Made by a program: the position numbers and the translations under genes. Shown one piece after another: positions 47,567 to 55,855 of a DNA stretch of 64,000 bases. Under the pieces are notes generated by a model that saw nothing but the letters and a program-made list of their open reading frames with translations, ran no database searches and was not told the DNA's origin. This DNA comes from a virus (Duplodnaviria; Heunggongvirae; Uroviricota; Caudoviricetes). Location: IMG/VR virus record IMGVR_UViG_3300025009_000056. One strand, written 5' to 3'. The first letter of the stretch is position 1; each line of letters starts with the position of its first letter.

Positions 47567-48394
47567 TTAAAATATCGAATTGTTTACAGCATTTCCATTA
47601 TTGAAATTCTCAAAATACTGCTGTTTTGAATTTCGTTTTTCAAGATTGTTTTCTTTCAGATATTGGTCAATATAATTCAGCCTATCCACATTAGTGTCTG
47701 TATCCCCAAAGATATTGGTGAAAGCATACATTGCCTCCACGTAAGAATATCTTAAAGGCATATAAAGCGACAATGCGTTTAAATCTGCCTGAGTTTCATT
47801 ATCTCTTTCGTCATTCAGAAAGTTATGACAATACTCATGCAGATTGATAATGTGACGCATAGGTACAGTCATTGCATCGTAGCTAGGCTTATGAACCTCT
47901 ATATAATCCAATAATTTATGCGTTCTTGCCGGAGTGGGTACAATATTTCCATCCTCATCCAGCAATCTATCTTTCATTGTTATCAAAAACTGTTTCTTTC
48001 GGTCTGTGTAATCATTGAGTGACTTACACCCACATACCTTACTGAAATTTTCCGAAAATAAAACAAAATCTTTAGTCAGCTTATCTGTAATAAGTGGAAA
48101 TTGTTTTAAATCAGTCGTAACAATAGACGATACTTTATAAAAACTATCATCATTCTCATCCTTTGGGTTAAAGATAAGAATTTCGAGTTCTTTCGGACTC
48201 GTTGGCATGTTAAAAACAAACTGATTGTCGCCTTTGTCAAGAAACAATTCTCTCCGAAAATAATCAGAGTTTATAATATTGGGATTAGCATCATATCCAA
48301 TTACGAGTAATCGTCTACCACCATAACCCGAATAAATATTTACAGTTATCTGTTTTCTTTTATTCCTAGTAACTACCTTCAGCACCGTTGCCAT
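47567..48394 (-). CDS. HExxH zinc metalloprotease
   Basis: INLHEYCHNF...NETQAD; start moved to MATVLK. Confidence 0.75.
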   Translation of the reverse strand: MATVLKVVTRNKRKQITVNIYSGYGGRRLLVIGYDANPNIINSDYFRRELFLDKGDNQFVFNMPTSPKELEILIFNPKDENDDSFYKVSSIVTTDLKQFPLITDKLTKDFVLFSENFSKVCGCKSLNDYTDRKKQFLITMKDRLLDEDGNIVPTPARTHKLLDYIEVHKPSYDAMTVPMRHIINLHEYCHNFLNDERDNETQADLNALSLYMPLRYSYVEAMYAFTNIFGDTDTNVDRLNYIDQYLKENNLEKRNSKQQYFENFNNGNAVNNSIF

Positions 48395-48605
48395 TTGGGG
48401 AAGCCTTTCCTTTTTTACTGACGAAATAGTAAAGGGCATACGCTGCAACCCCTACTAATGCTATCAGACCGATTGTTTTCAACTTCTTTTTATTATTAGA
48501 GGGTACTACTGATGATACAGAACCATCAGTTGCACTCTCCGTTGTTTGGTTTTTCAAACCTTGCTGTTCCGCGTATTGCTTTGCTTTTTCGATTGTTACA
48601 GGCAT
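48366..48605 (-). CDS. C-terminally anchored protein
   Basis: TM then KKGK; promoter box 48631-48638. Confidence 0.65.
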   Translation of the reverse strand: MPVTIEKAKQYAEQQGLKNQTTESATDGSVSSVVPSNNKKKLKTIGLIALVGVAAYALYYFVSKKGKASPNGNGAEGSY

Positions 48606-48665
48606 GTTTTCTTAGTTTTAATTATATATGCAAAATTATGAAAATACGAGCCTGATTGCAAGTTT

Positions 48666-49328
48666 TTATTTTGACACAGCATCACTTTTTTTCGTCGCTA
48701 AAACAGCTAGCGTAATCAACACAACACCTGCACCAATTGCAATCCACCAACCAGTTCCCATTGACTTATCCTCGGGAGGAATACCACTAAAACTATTGTT
48801 TGCATTTGCAGCTGCACCACCACCAAATATCGAAGCTAATCCGGAAACAGAATCAAGTATGGATGATAAACCACTTTGGCTCATGCATTTTTTATATCCA
48901 TCATAATCATTTGGATACCTAGCTCTACATTTATCCATTTTCGAACTCGCCGAGGTCTTACCATCACACTGTCCCATCAACTTTTTAAACCAGTTACAAT
49001 CAGATGTAGCGGATGTAGAACCACTGCCTGTGTACGAGCTTACTGGCAAATCCTCAACACTACCAGTATCTAACTGTGTGTCATCGTAGGGGTTGGCATT
49101 ATAAAACGAGCCAATACTATTACGATACCTAAAAGCACCAACAGTCATTGGTATTCTGTTTGAGCGAATTCTTCCTCTATCCTCACAGCTTGGGCAATAA
49201 CGTGGCTGGATATTAGAAACAGCATTGCTGTAAGAGCTTCCCATCGTATCCTGACTGTAAGAGGCAATCATATCCTGATTACCTAATCCACCCAAATCAA
49301 CGGCTGTAGTTGTTATATAATTATTCAT
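48666..49328 (-). CDS. C-terminally anchored protein, YSNA and FYNA motifs
   Basis: low-complexity Ser/Gly, Cys pairs, TM. Confidence 0.7.
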   Translation of the reverse strand: MNNYITTTAVDLGGLGNQDMIASYSQDTMGSSYSNAVSNIQPRYCPSCEDRGRIRSNRIPMTVGAFRYRNSIGSFYNANPYDDTQLDTGSVEDLPVSSYTGSGSTSATSDCNWFKKLMGQCDGKTSASSKMDKCRARYPNDYDGYKKCMSQSGLSSILDSVSGLASIFGGGAAANANNSFSGIPPEDKSMGTGWWIAIGAGVVLITLAVLATKKSDAVSK

Positions 49329-49786
49329 TTTTTTATTTTTTTCTTTTTATCAAAAACACCAAATCCAGCAAGGGTAACGAGTCCGATAACAATCCATAAT
49401 ATTGTTTTTCCTGTGCGATACCGTCTCAAAGCAGCCTCGTCAACATATTCCTCTGTAACCTCTTCTGCCGCCTCATCACTCCAACCACCACCAAAACCGC
49501 CACCAGACACCATTGGCTCAATATATCTATGTTCAACAGCGGGTATGTTACCCGATACATCAGGCCGAGTAGTATTACCAATAGTGGGGATAGTTACAGT
49601 TGTAACCGTTGGTCTGGTAGTCGATATGTTCGGCCTGATTACTGGACGAGTAGCGGTATTTGTCGCAATTACAGGACTCGTATTAGATGTAGGTCTAGTA
49701 GCGTAAATACCACCACGAACTACATCCGAGTCAGATATAATAGGGACAACTCTACTTGTGTCGATTAATCCATTAAACATTTCCAT
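49325..49786 (-). CDS. C-terminally anchored Thr/Pro-rich protein
   Basis: TRP repeats, TM, KKKKIKK tail. Confidence 0.7.
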   Translation of the reverse strand: MEMFNGLIDTSRVVPIISDSDVVRGGIYATRPTSNTSPVIATNTATRPVIRPNISTTRPTVTTVTIPTIGNTTRPDVSGNIPAVEHRYIEPMVSGGGFGGGWSDEAAEEVTEEYVDEAALRRYRTGKTILWIVIGLVTLAGFGVFDKKKKIKK

Positions 49787-49796
49787 ATGGAAAAAA

Positions 49797-50261
49797 TTAA
49801 ATTATAGAACCGCCAGCTGATGCAATTTTCCCACCACTAGGAACACATCTGCATGTAACTCCATCAATATATCCAGAATATCTTCTTCCACCCTGTTGAT
49901 ATGTGCAACGTCCACCAGCCTCGGGACATGGTACTACGACTGCGTTAAAAAAAGGCTGACGTTCAGCGCCTTTATGCGCCCATTTGTCAGGCCACAAATC
50001 ACCACGATAATGCGCACCAGCATCATAATTACCAGAAGCATCGTTAAAAACAGATGCATTCAACCATGATGATGGAAATATTCTTGCATCCCTACCGGAA
50101 ACAACATCAGAATATTCATCGGCTTCCTCATCCTCAAATTCCTCTGTGGCTGATTTCATTGCTTTTTCTTTAGCAATTGATTTCTGGTATTTTTTGTAAA
50201 AATAAACACCTACGATGGCAGCGCCAGCAATCATAATCAAATTTTTCGTACTCTTTTTCAT
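49797..50261 (-). CDS. membrane-anchored protein, FFNA motif
   Basis: N-terminal TM; small Cys domain at C-terminus. Confidence 0.7.
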   Translation of the reverse strand: MKKSTKNLIMIAGAAIVGVYFYKKYQKSIAKEKAMKSATEEFEDEEADEYSDVVSGRDARIFPSSWLNASVFNDASGNYDAGAHYRGDLWPDKWAHKGAERQPFFNAVVVPCPEAGGRCTYQQGGRRYSGYIDGVTCRCVPSGGKIASAGGSII

Positions 50262-50273
50262 CTCGATTGATTT

Positions 50274-50540
50274 TTATTTGTTATTATTTTCGTCTTCTTT
50301 TTTAGCGTTTCCTAATTCGTCTCTTAATTCAGTTTTCAACTCACCCTTTACTTCCTCTTTTATTTCTGATTTCATTTTACTCTCATCAATTGGAGTAGGA
50401 CTAGGAGCGGCAGCGGCAAGATTGTTTTCAAGTCCTAAGGGTTGCTCTTCAGCTTTTTTGTTTTTACTTTCATGATATGCATCACTAATCAAAAAACCAA
50501 AAACTCCACCCAGTATTATCGGAATTATTTTTTCTAGCAT
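50274..50540 (-). CDS. membrane-anchored acidic protein
   Basis: N-terminal TM. Confidence 0.65.
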   Translation of the reverse strand: MLEKIIPIILGGVFGFLISDAYHESKNKKAEEQPLGLENNLAAAAPSPTPIDESKMKSEIKEEVKGELKTELRDELGNAKKEDENNNK

Positions 50541-50542
50541 AA

Positions 50543-51430
50543 CTATTGTTTTTTTACGATTGAACGAATGAGTAAAAATCCACCAACTAACGCAACGCCT
50601 ATAAAAGCGTATTTAACAATGGATGAACCAGAAACAGATGATGCCAACCCATCATTACCACCAGTACTAGAACCAGCACGTGCAGCTTGCGCTACAGTAG
50701 ATTCATTTGCGGTCTCAGATGTAGAAGTTGTTTCACCACTACTATTCACAGATGTTCCAACCTCAAGCGTTACACCATCCCAAAGTTTTGAATATTTTTT
50801 TTCAACATAATTTTTACAGTTTCTTCTCTGCGCTCTACCGTCAATTGTGTCACAGCAATTAATGGCTTTTGTTTTCAAATATTCTGTTTCAATCTTTGAG
50901 AGCGTTCCTTTTTTATCATCTTTTTTAAATCGCTGATATGTTACAGGAACTATCCCATTAATGTTTAAAGCTCCATTTTCCACATAAACATCATTATCTC
51001 TTCCTCCCTGACTATGACCCTTTGTAGAATCGAGTTTTGCGCCATAAGAGATAACATCCGGATAGAATCTGGTTAGATTAACAACTGAGTGTACACTTGT
51101 TTCTACCACTCCATTCGTATAAGAACTGTCTTTTTTCGCAGTGGGGCTATTGACTAAAAATGGAGTGTTTAAGACAATACTCCCTTTTCTACTGCCGGAT
51201 GGATTTATAACCTGTGTAACCTTGAAATTACCCAAATAAACATCCCCAGTAACACTAGCAATATTTCCAACTAAAAAACGAGAAACATCGTCAACGCTTA
51301 CACGTATTGTTTTAAAAGAGCTATCGCCAGCTATTATCCAAGATGAGTTCTGATTTGAGTCTGGAACAAAATTATTAAACCCGCCGCAGGCAGCGCAAAA
51401 ACCATTATATTTATCTGTAAGGAAATTCAT
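50543..51430 (-). CDS. C-terminally anchored protein
   Basis: TM then KKQ. Confidence 0.7.
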   Translation of the reverse strand: MNFLTDKYNGFCAACGGFNNFVPDSNQNSSWIIAGDSSFKTIRVSVDDVSRFLVGNIASVTGDVYLGNFKVTQVINPSGSRKGSIVLNTPFLVNSPTAKKDSSYTNGVVETSVHSVVNLTRFYPDVISYGAKLDSTKGHSQGGRDNDVYVENGALNINGIVPVTYQRFKKDDKKGTLSKIETEYLKTKAINCCDTIDGRAQRRNCKNYVEKKYSKLWDGVTLEVGTSVNSSGETTSTSETANESTVAQAARAGSSTGGNDGLASSVSGSSIVKYAFIGVALVGGFLLIRSIVKKQ

Positions 51431-51432
51431 AA

Positions 51433-51807
51433 TTAAACCCCCTGAGTTTTTGTTTTTTTCGATTTTACCAACATCAAATAACCAACAGCAAATACGCCTA
51501 ATACTGCTAATCCAGCGATAACATATAGTGCTACAGGCATCTTTTTCGATGCAGATGATTCAGAGCTTTGCAAAAGCTCAAGCAGGGATGATTGATATTG
51601 TGCATTAGCAGCCTCTCTTGCATACTTAGCCTCTTGCTCCTTTGCTTTCTCGTCTTTACACTTTTGAGTCAAGCATAAACCAAATAAACCAGCATTATGG
51701 TAATTTCCTGAATTTTCATCCAGAATTATAGCGGGTTTACTCACAATCGGATAACCGAGAATTGCGGTATTCACGCTGTCTATATTATTTTTGTCCAGTA
51801 TTTCCAT
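51433..51807 (-). CDS. C-terminally anchored protein, YHNA motif
   Basis: TM then KSKKTK. Confidence 0.7.
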   Translation of the reverse strand: MEILDKNNIDSVNTAILGYPIVSKPAIILDENSGNYHNAGLFGLCLTQKCKDEKAKEQEAKYAREAANAQYQSSLLELLQSSESSASKKMPVALYVIAGLAVLGVFAVGYLMLVKSKKTKTQGV

Positions 51808-51817
51808 TTTTATTTAT

Positions 51818-52315
51818 TTACTTGTTCTTTTTTCTCTTGATAAGAATAGCGGCTCCGATGACAAGAGCAAGCGCAACGAGAGAGCCGACAACAAGCCATG
51901 TGGCAGTTTTGGTTCCGGTTGATGCATTAGCCTCTCTTGCTGCAATCAGATTCAGTAATTGATTTTCCCTGTCAGCACTTTGCTGCGCCTCTATATTTTG
52001 AGACTCCTGTCTTGCACCCATCCATCCGAAAACATTGCTTACGGCAGCGCCAACAGCGGTTGCAATTGTACCAGCAGCATTAGAATAACTTCCTCCCGCA
52101 TTTACAAATCCAGCCCTTGATAAAAGCTCTGAAAATTCAGCCACAAAATCCGGTCTTGTTTCAAGCGCATTGTTTAAGACACTTACTATGTCAGCCGTAT
52201 CCATTTTATCATTGATAATATACCCGTAGCGCTGAAGCATGGATATAACCTCCAACTTATTGCTGACGTAAGTATCGGCTATTGCCCTTAGTAATGATTG
52301 TTTATTTACTACCAT
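51818..52315 (-). CDS. C-terminally anchored protein, FVNA and YSNA motifs
   Basis: start moved to MVVNKQ; TM then KRKKNK. Confidence 0.7.
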   Translation of the reverse strand: MVVNKQSLLRAIADTYVSNKLEVISMLQRYGYIINDKMDTADIVSVLNNALETRPDFVAEFSELLSRAGFVNAGGSYSNAAGTIATAVGAAVSNVFGWMGARQESQNIEAQQSADRENQLLNLIAAREANASTGTKTATWLVVGSLVALALVIGAAILIKRKKNK

Positions 52316-52319
52316 ATAA

Positions 52320-52511
52320 TTAAAGTATTGACTCGCCAGTAAAAGATGATGTTCTTGCCACGTTTCCACCCTTAGTCATTTGGGTCTGAGAAAGAACGGG
52401 TTTGTTTGATATTGCCGATTTACCTTTATTCGGTTTACCTCTTAAAACAAAATAACCAACAACACCGATTGCTGTTATTCCACCAAATATTAAAATGTTT
52501 TTCCAATTCAT
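52320..52511 (-). CDS. small membrane protein
   Basis: N-terminal TM. Confidence 0.65.
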   Translation of the reverse strand: MNWKNILIFGGITAIGVVGYFVLRGKPNKGKSAISNKPVLSQTQMTKGGNVARTSSFTGESIL

Positions 52512-52517
52512 GATTTT

Positions 52518-52760
52518 CTATTTAGTAATTTTAAAAAGCAGAAAAACTACAGCTAAAATTAATGACATTTTGAATGCCCCACTTATGAAGTTTTTCTTTT
52601 TCTCATCATAATCATTACCTATAACCTCTGCACTATTTTTCCGAGCATCTACGTCGATTTCATCATTGTTATCAACAGCGTCTACATCATCAACAGCGTT
52701 TAAAAATGTGTTACCGTTGCAACAATTATTAAATTTTGATTTAGGTGAAAGAAATTCCAT
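52518..52760 (-). CDS. small C-anchored protein, FLNA motif
   Basis: TM at C-terminus. Confidence 0.65.
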   Translation of the reverse strand: MEFLSPKSKFNNCCNGNTFLNAVDDVDAVDNNDEIDVDARKNSAEVIGNDYDEKKKNFISGAFKMSLILAVVFLLFKITK

Positions 52761-52762
52761 AG

Positions 52763-53161
52763 CTATTTTAAAATTAAATATATAATCGCACCTACCGCTA
52801 CATACGCAAGCATTTTGCGTGTTTTCTTAATCTCGGACTCGAGAATTTCAACCCTGTTTTCACTTGTGGTGTTTTGAGTAATATTGGGATTTTCAACATT
52901 TGTTGAACCACCCATATTACTATCACCGTAAAAATTTCTGAATATCTTTATGTCTGGATGTTCTAAAACAACATCTCTGAGAAATTCATCTCCGTGTTGT
53001 TCATGAAGCATAACTCCAGCATCTATAACCTCGTGAATATCATGAGGCTCCCAACTGCCAACACAACCGTATTTTGCGAGAATTTTATTCATTCCCACAG
53101 GGTTGTAATATGCAACTCTCGAAATAAAATTATACAATTGCTCCTCGTTCATATCCGGCAT
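52763..53161 (-). CDS. C-terminally anchored helical protein
   Basis: NPVGMNKILAKYG weakly resembles NKLEVISMLQRYG of 51818 gene. Confidence 0.65.
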   Translation of the reverse strand: MPDMNEEQLYNFISRVAYYNPVGMNKILAKYGCVGSWEPHDIHEVIDAGVMLHEQHGDEFLRDVVLEHPDIKIFRNFYGDSNMGGSTNVENPNITQNTTSENRVEILESEIKKTRKMLAYVAVGAIIYLILK

Positions 53162-53184
53162 ATTATGTTACAAACTACACTAAG

Positions 53185-53220
53185 AAAAAAAGGGCAGGCA
53201 AGTTAGACTTACCTGCCCTT
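53185..53220 (-). terminator. strong intrinsic terminator after candidate MCP
   Basis: AGGGCAGG/CCTGCCCT stem then T run. Confidence 0.85.
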
Positions 53221-53240
53221 CGCGTATGGTTCGCTAAAGA

Positions 53241-53909
53241 TTAGCGAGTAACATTCATTGCCTGATTAGCGTAGAGGTCAATCTGCGGCAGTCCTGTAGG
53301 AGCTGTCGAGGTGGCAACTTCGCGGATAGCATTACCAGTCAACAGGTTGGTGGTATTGGTTCTTTCGCTCAGGTTGAAGATGATAGTTACGTTTTCAGAT
53401 GCATTTACTGTAAACTGAACGTAAGTGTCAAGGTCAACTACGAGTTCAAAACCAGTAGCATCTACCTGAGTGGTCAGGTTGTTCTGAGCTGAACGATAGT
53501 TAATCGGCTGGAACATTTTTCTCTGTTGGAAACCAGTAGAGTTGGAACGGAAAATCGACCAAGTGTTCGAGAACTGATTAACATTAGTAGCAGTCATTTT
53601 CAGACCATAAATTCTGAACGGGTTGGTCAGCAATTCGGTTTTCACCTGCTGGTGGCTCGATTCAAGAACGTTAACGGTCAGACCTGCGGGAAGCAGAGCA
53701 TCGGTAAGGTCACGGGCAGAACCAAACAAAGTAACAACAGCAGCAGTGGCAGTGTCACTGTTGATGATATTAAAGGTCAGGGTTCTGTCGTTAGGGTCAA
53801 GTGTGCTTGCGTAAGCTACATTAGATGCAACAGGGGCTACACCTGTAGCGTTATTAAACATGGGCGCTCCACCCTGATACTGTGCAATTCGATTTTTGTA
53901 TGAGTTCAT
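53241..53909 (-). CDS. candidate major capsid protein (single jelly-roll-like)
   Basis: beta-strand-rich ~140-aa core; AAC/TTC/CTG/ACC-biased codons; own promoter, SD-like AGGAG and terminator; next to packaging-type ATPase; fold is inferred. Confidence 0.6.
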   Translation of the reverse strand: MNSYKNRIAQYQGGAPMFNNATGVAPVASNVAYASTLDPNDRTLTFNIINSDTATAAVVTLFGSARDLTDALLPAGLTVNVLESSHQQVKTELLTNPFRIYGLKMTATNVNQFSNTWSIFRSNSTGFQQRKMFQPINYRSAQNNLTTQVDATGFELVVDLDTYVQFTVNASENVTIIFNLSERTNTTNLLTGNAIREVATSTAPTGLPQIDLYANQAMNVTR

Positions 53910-53935
53910 TTTCTTCTCTCCTTTTTAATTTACAA

Positions 53936-54049
53936 CTAGGCAACAGTCTTGAAAACGTAAGGTTTTACAAGTTTGTCATAAGCTACAAGAGCTACTGTAC
54001 AAGCGACTACTGTCCAGATAAACGGTTTTAATTCAAATCCTAATTTCAT
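53936..54049 (-). CDS. 37-aa membrane peptide co-transcribed with candidate MCP
   Basis: MKLGFELKPFIWTVVACTVALVAYDKLVKPYVFKTVA; not in ORF track. Confidence 0.7.
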   Translation of the reverse strand: MKLGFELKPFIWTVVACTVALVAYDKLVKPYVFKTVA

Positions 54050-54096
54050 GATGTGTTTTTTTTAGTGAGACAATTTTTTTGATTTCGTATCAAAAG

Positions 54097-54128
54097 CAAA
54101 GATACAATCATTCATATCTATTTGTCAA
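54097..54128 (-). promoter_or_regulatory. Bacteroidota-type promoter of capsid operon
   Basis: TATCTTTG 54097-54104, TTGAC 54124-54128. Confidence 0.8.
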
Positions 54129-54166
54129 TAGCGCGTTTGTTGACATTCCGCAAATTTACACATACT

Positions 54167-54202
54167 AAAAAAGCCTGAATAACTTGTGTTAATCAGGCTT
54201 TT
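54167..54202 (-). terminator. intrinsic terminator after ATPase
   Basis: AAGCCTGA/TCAGGCTT stem with A/T runs on both sides. Confidence 0.8.
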
Positions 54203-54246
54203 ATAAAACGAAAATAATATAGTTTATTTGGTGATAAATGTAATTT

Positions 54247-55110
54247 TTAGTACGTTCTAATCATGTACTCATGCTCTTTTATCCATTGCTCCTCGGCATC
54301 GTATCGTGATGGATACAGTAATTTACCACTACTATCCGTCAGTCTTTGGTATTTTTTTAAATCCTTTTCAAAATCCAAAAGATAGTTTCTACATGCACCT
54401 TTGTATTCATCCTCGGAAACATCGAAAAATCTATCATCGGTAGGACTGCAATAAACAGGATTTCTTACATCTCCACTAAGAAACCGCTTACTAACTATAA
54501 TCTCTGCGAGTTTGACAATCTGGTAGTTTGGAATACGGTTTTTATATCTATCAACATTATCACCCTGCTTATGCATACGCAGGTAGTTCATATTTTCCCA
54601 CATTGTCGTCGTTACCTTAGATAATGTCTGTAACAGAATAATCATGTCCATATTTTTATGTCGCAGCGTAATAAGCATGTCAAGAATCATGTCTGAATTC
54701 TTATGCGTGATATACTTATTAATATCTTCCGCTACAAACAAACCGTATTTGAAATTATCAGCAACGCATCGGATTGTTTTCGTGAAATCATTAAACTCAA
54801 ACGGCCTACCATTCTTTTTCACCGGAATAATACGTCTCGCTTCCACTATTTCACTGCTAGCAAACCTGCGTATAATTTCGCCACGCCTAAAATCATCGGG
54901 TTCATCCACATTGAAATCTAGGCTGCGATATTTCACATACTGAGGGTCATTGTTAACGTCAAAAATTAAAACCTTACGGCCTTTTCTACCTGACGAAAAA
55001 TCCGTCTGTAAATAAAGGTCTATTTCCTGAATCGTTCTATATGATTTCCCTACACCCTTTTGTCCAGTGACAACAGTGAGGGCACATTCTCTTGCATCAC
55101 TCATATCCAA
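54247..55110 (-). CDS. FtsK/HerA-superfamily (A32-like) genome packaging ATPase
   Basis: Walker A GQKGVGKS, LIFDVN, Walker B LFVAED, TLRH arginine finger, ILLQ sensor. Confidence 0.8.
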   Translation of the reverse strand: MDMSDARECALTVVTGQKGVGKSYRTIQEIDLYLQTDFSSGRKGRKVLIFDVNNDPQYVKYRSLDFNVDEPDDFRRGEIIRRFASSEIVEARRIIPVKKNGRPFEFNDFTKTIRCVADNFKYGLFVAEDINKYITHKNSDMILDMLITLRHKNMDMIILLQTLSKVTTTMWENMNYLRMHKQGDNVDRYKNRIPNYQIVKLAEIIVSKRFLSGDVRNPVYCSPTDDRFFDVSEDEYKGACRNYLLDFEKDLKKYQRLTDSSGKLLYPSRYDAEEQWIKEHEYMIRTY

Positions 55111-55855
55111 AAATTTGTTTTTTATTCAACGGCTCATTAGCATCATCCATGCGTCCAGACAGACCAGCTTTTTTCCGTTGTATTTTGGTTAACAAATCCG
55201 GTATGTATATAGCGCCGTATTTATTAACCAATTTTCTTGCAACTCTGTAATTTGAACACGTCTTGTCATCCCAAATAGCCTCATCGTGATATTTCAATGA
55301 ATGACAAAAACCGATTCCTGAAAAATGAAATATCTCCGGAGGTTTATTCCAGTATTCGAGTTGTGGTATAACCTTATCTTTGAAATCAACAAGCCACATC
55401 AACACTTTATCCGGATTCTTTTCAAACTCATCAACTATTATCTGCGCTGCCCCCTGTTTAGAGAAACAATCATCATCGTCCAGATAAACAACGGCCATTT
55501 CAGATAGTTTGTTCGGATACTCATTTTTTGCCTCTTCGAGAAGCATATTCAAATGTAAATTATACGGAGCGTTCTGCAACCCATATGTTATAGAGTATTG
55601 CTCATAATTCACAGTTCTTTCATGCCGCTCTTTTTTATCCCACTTTTTATGACTTGTCTGAAATAGACTAATTTTAAGGTTTGGATAATTTTTCAACGCA
55701 GATTGAACGTAAGGCAAATCACTATCCCGCTCATAACACACAAACAAATGAATGTTTTTCACGTTAATCTGATTAGCAACGGACTTAACGAGTCCGCTAA
55801 AATAATTAGGTCTACGTGTTGTTCTGGTTAATATAACGAGTTTTGTGTTATCCAT
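55097..55855 (-). CDS. GT-A (GT2-like) glycosyltransferase
   Basis: ILTRTTRRP..LVKSVANQ, VYLDDDD. Confidence 0.75.
   Translation of the reverse strand: MDNTKLVILTRTTRRPNYFSGLVKSVANQINVKNIHLFVCYERDSDLPYVQSALKNYPNLKISLFQTSHKKWDKKERHERTVNYEQYSITYGLQNAPYNLHLNMLLEEAKNEYPNKLSEMAVVYLDDDDCFSKQGAAQIIVDEFEKNPDKVLMWLVDFKDKVIPQLEYWNKPPEIFHFSGIGFCHSLKYHDEAIWDDKTCSNYRVARKLVNKYGAIYIPDLLTKIQRKKAGLSGRMDDANEPLNKKQIFGYE

Noticed and set aside
54247-55110. Conjugative VirB4/coupling protein or terminase
   Set aside because: Too short, with no T4SS, relaxase or nuclease domain nearby; the RH/Q motifs and context fit an A32-like packaging ATPase.
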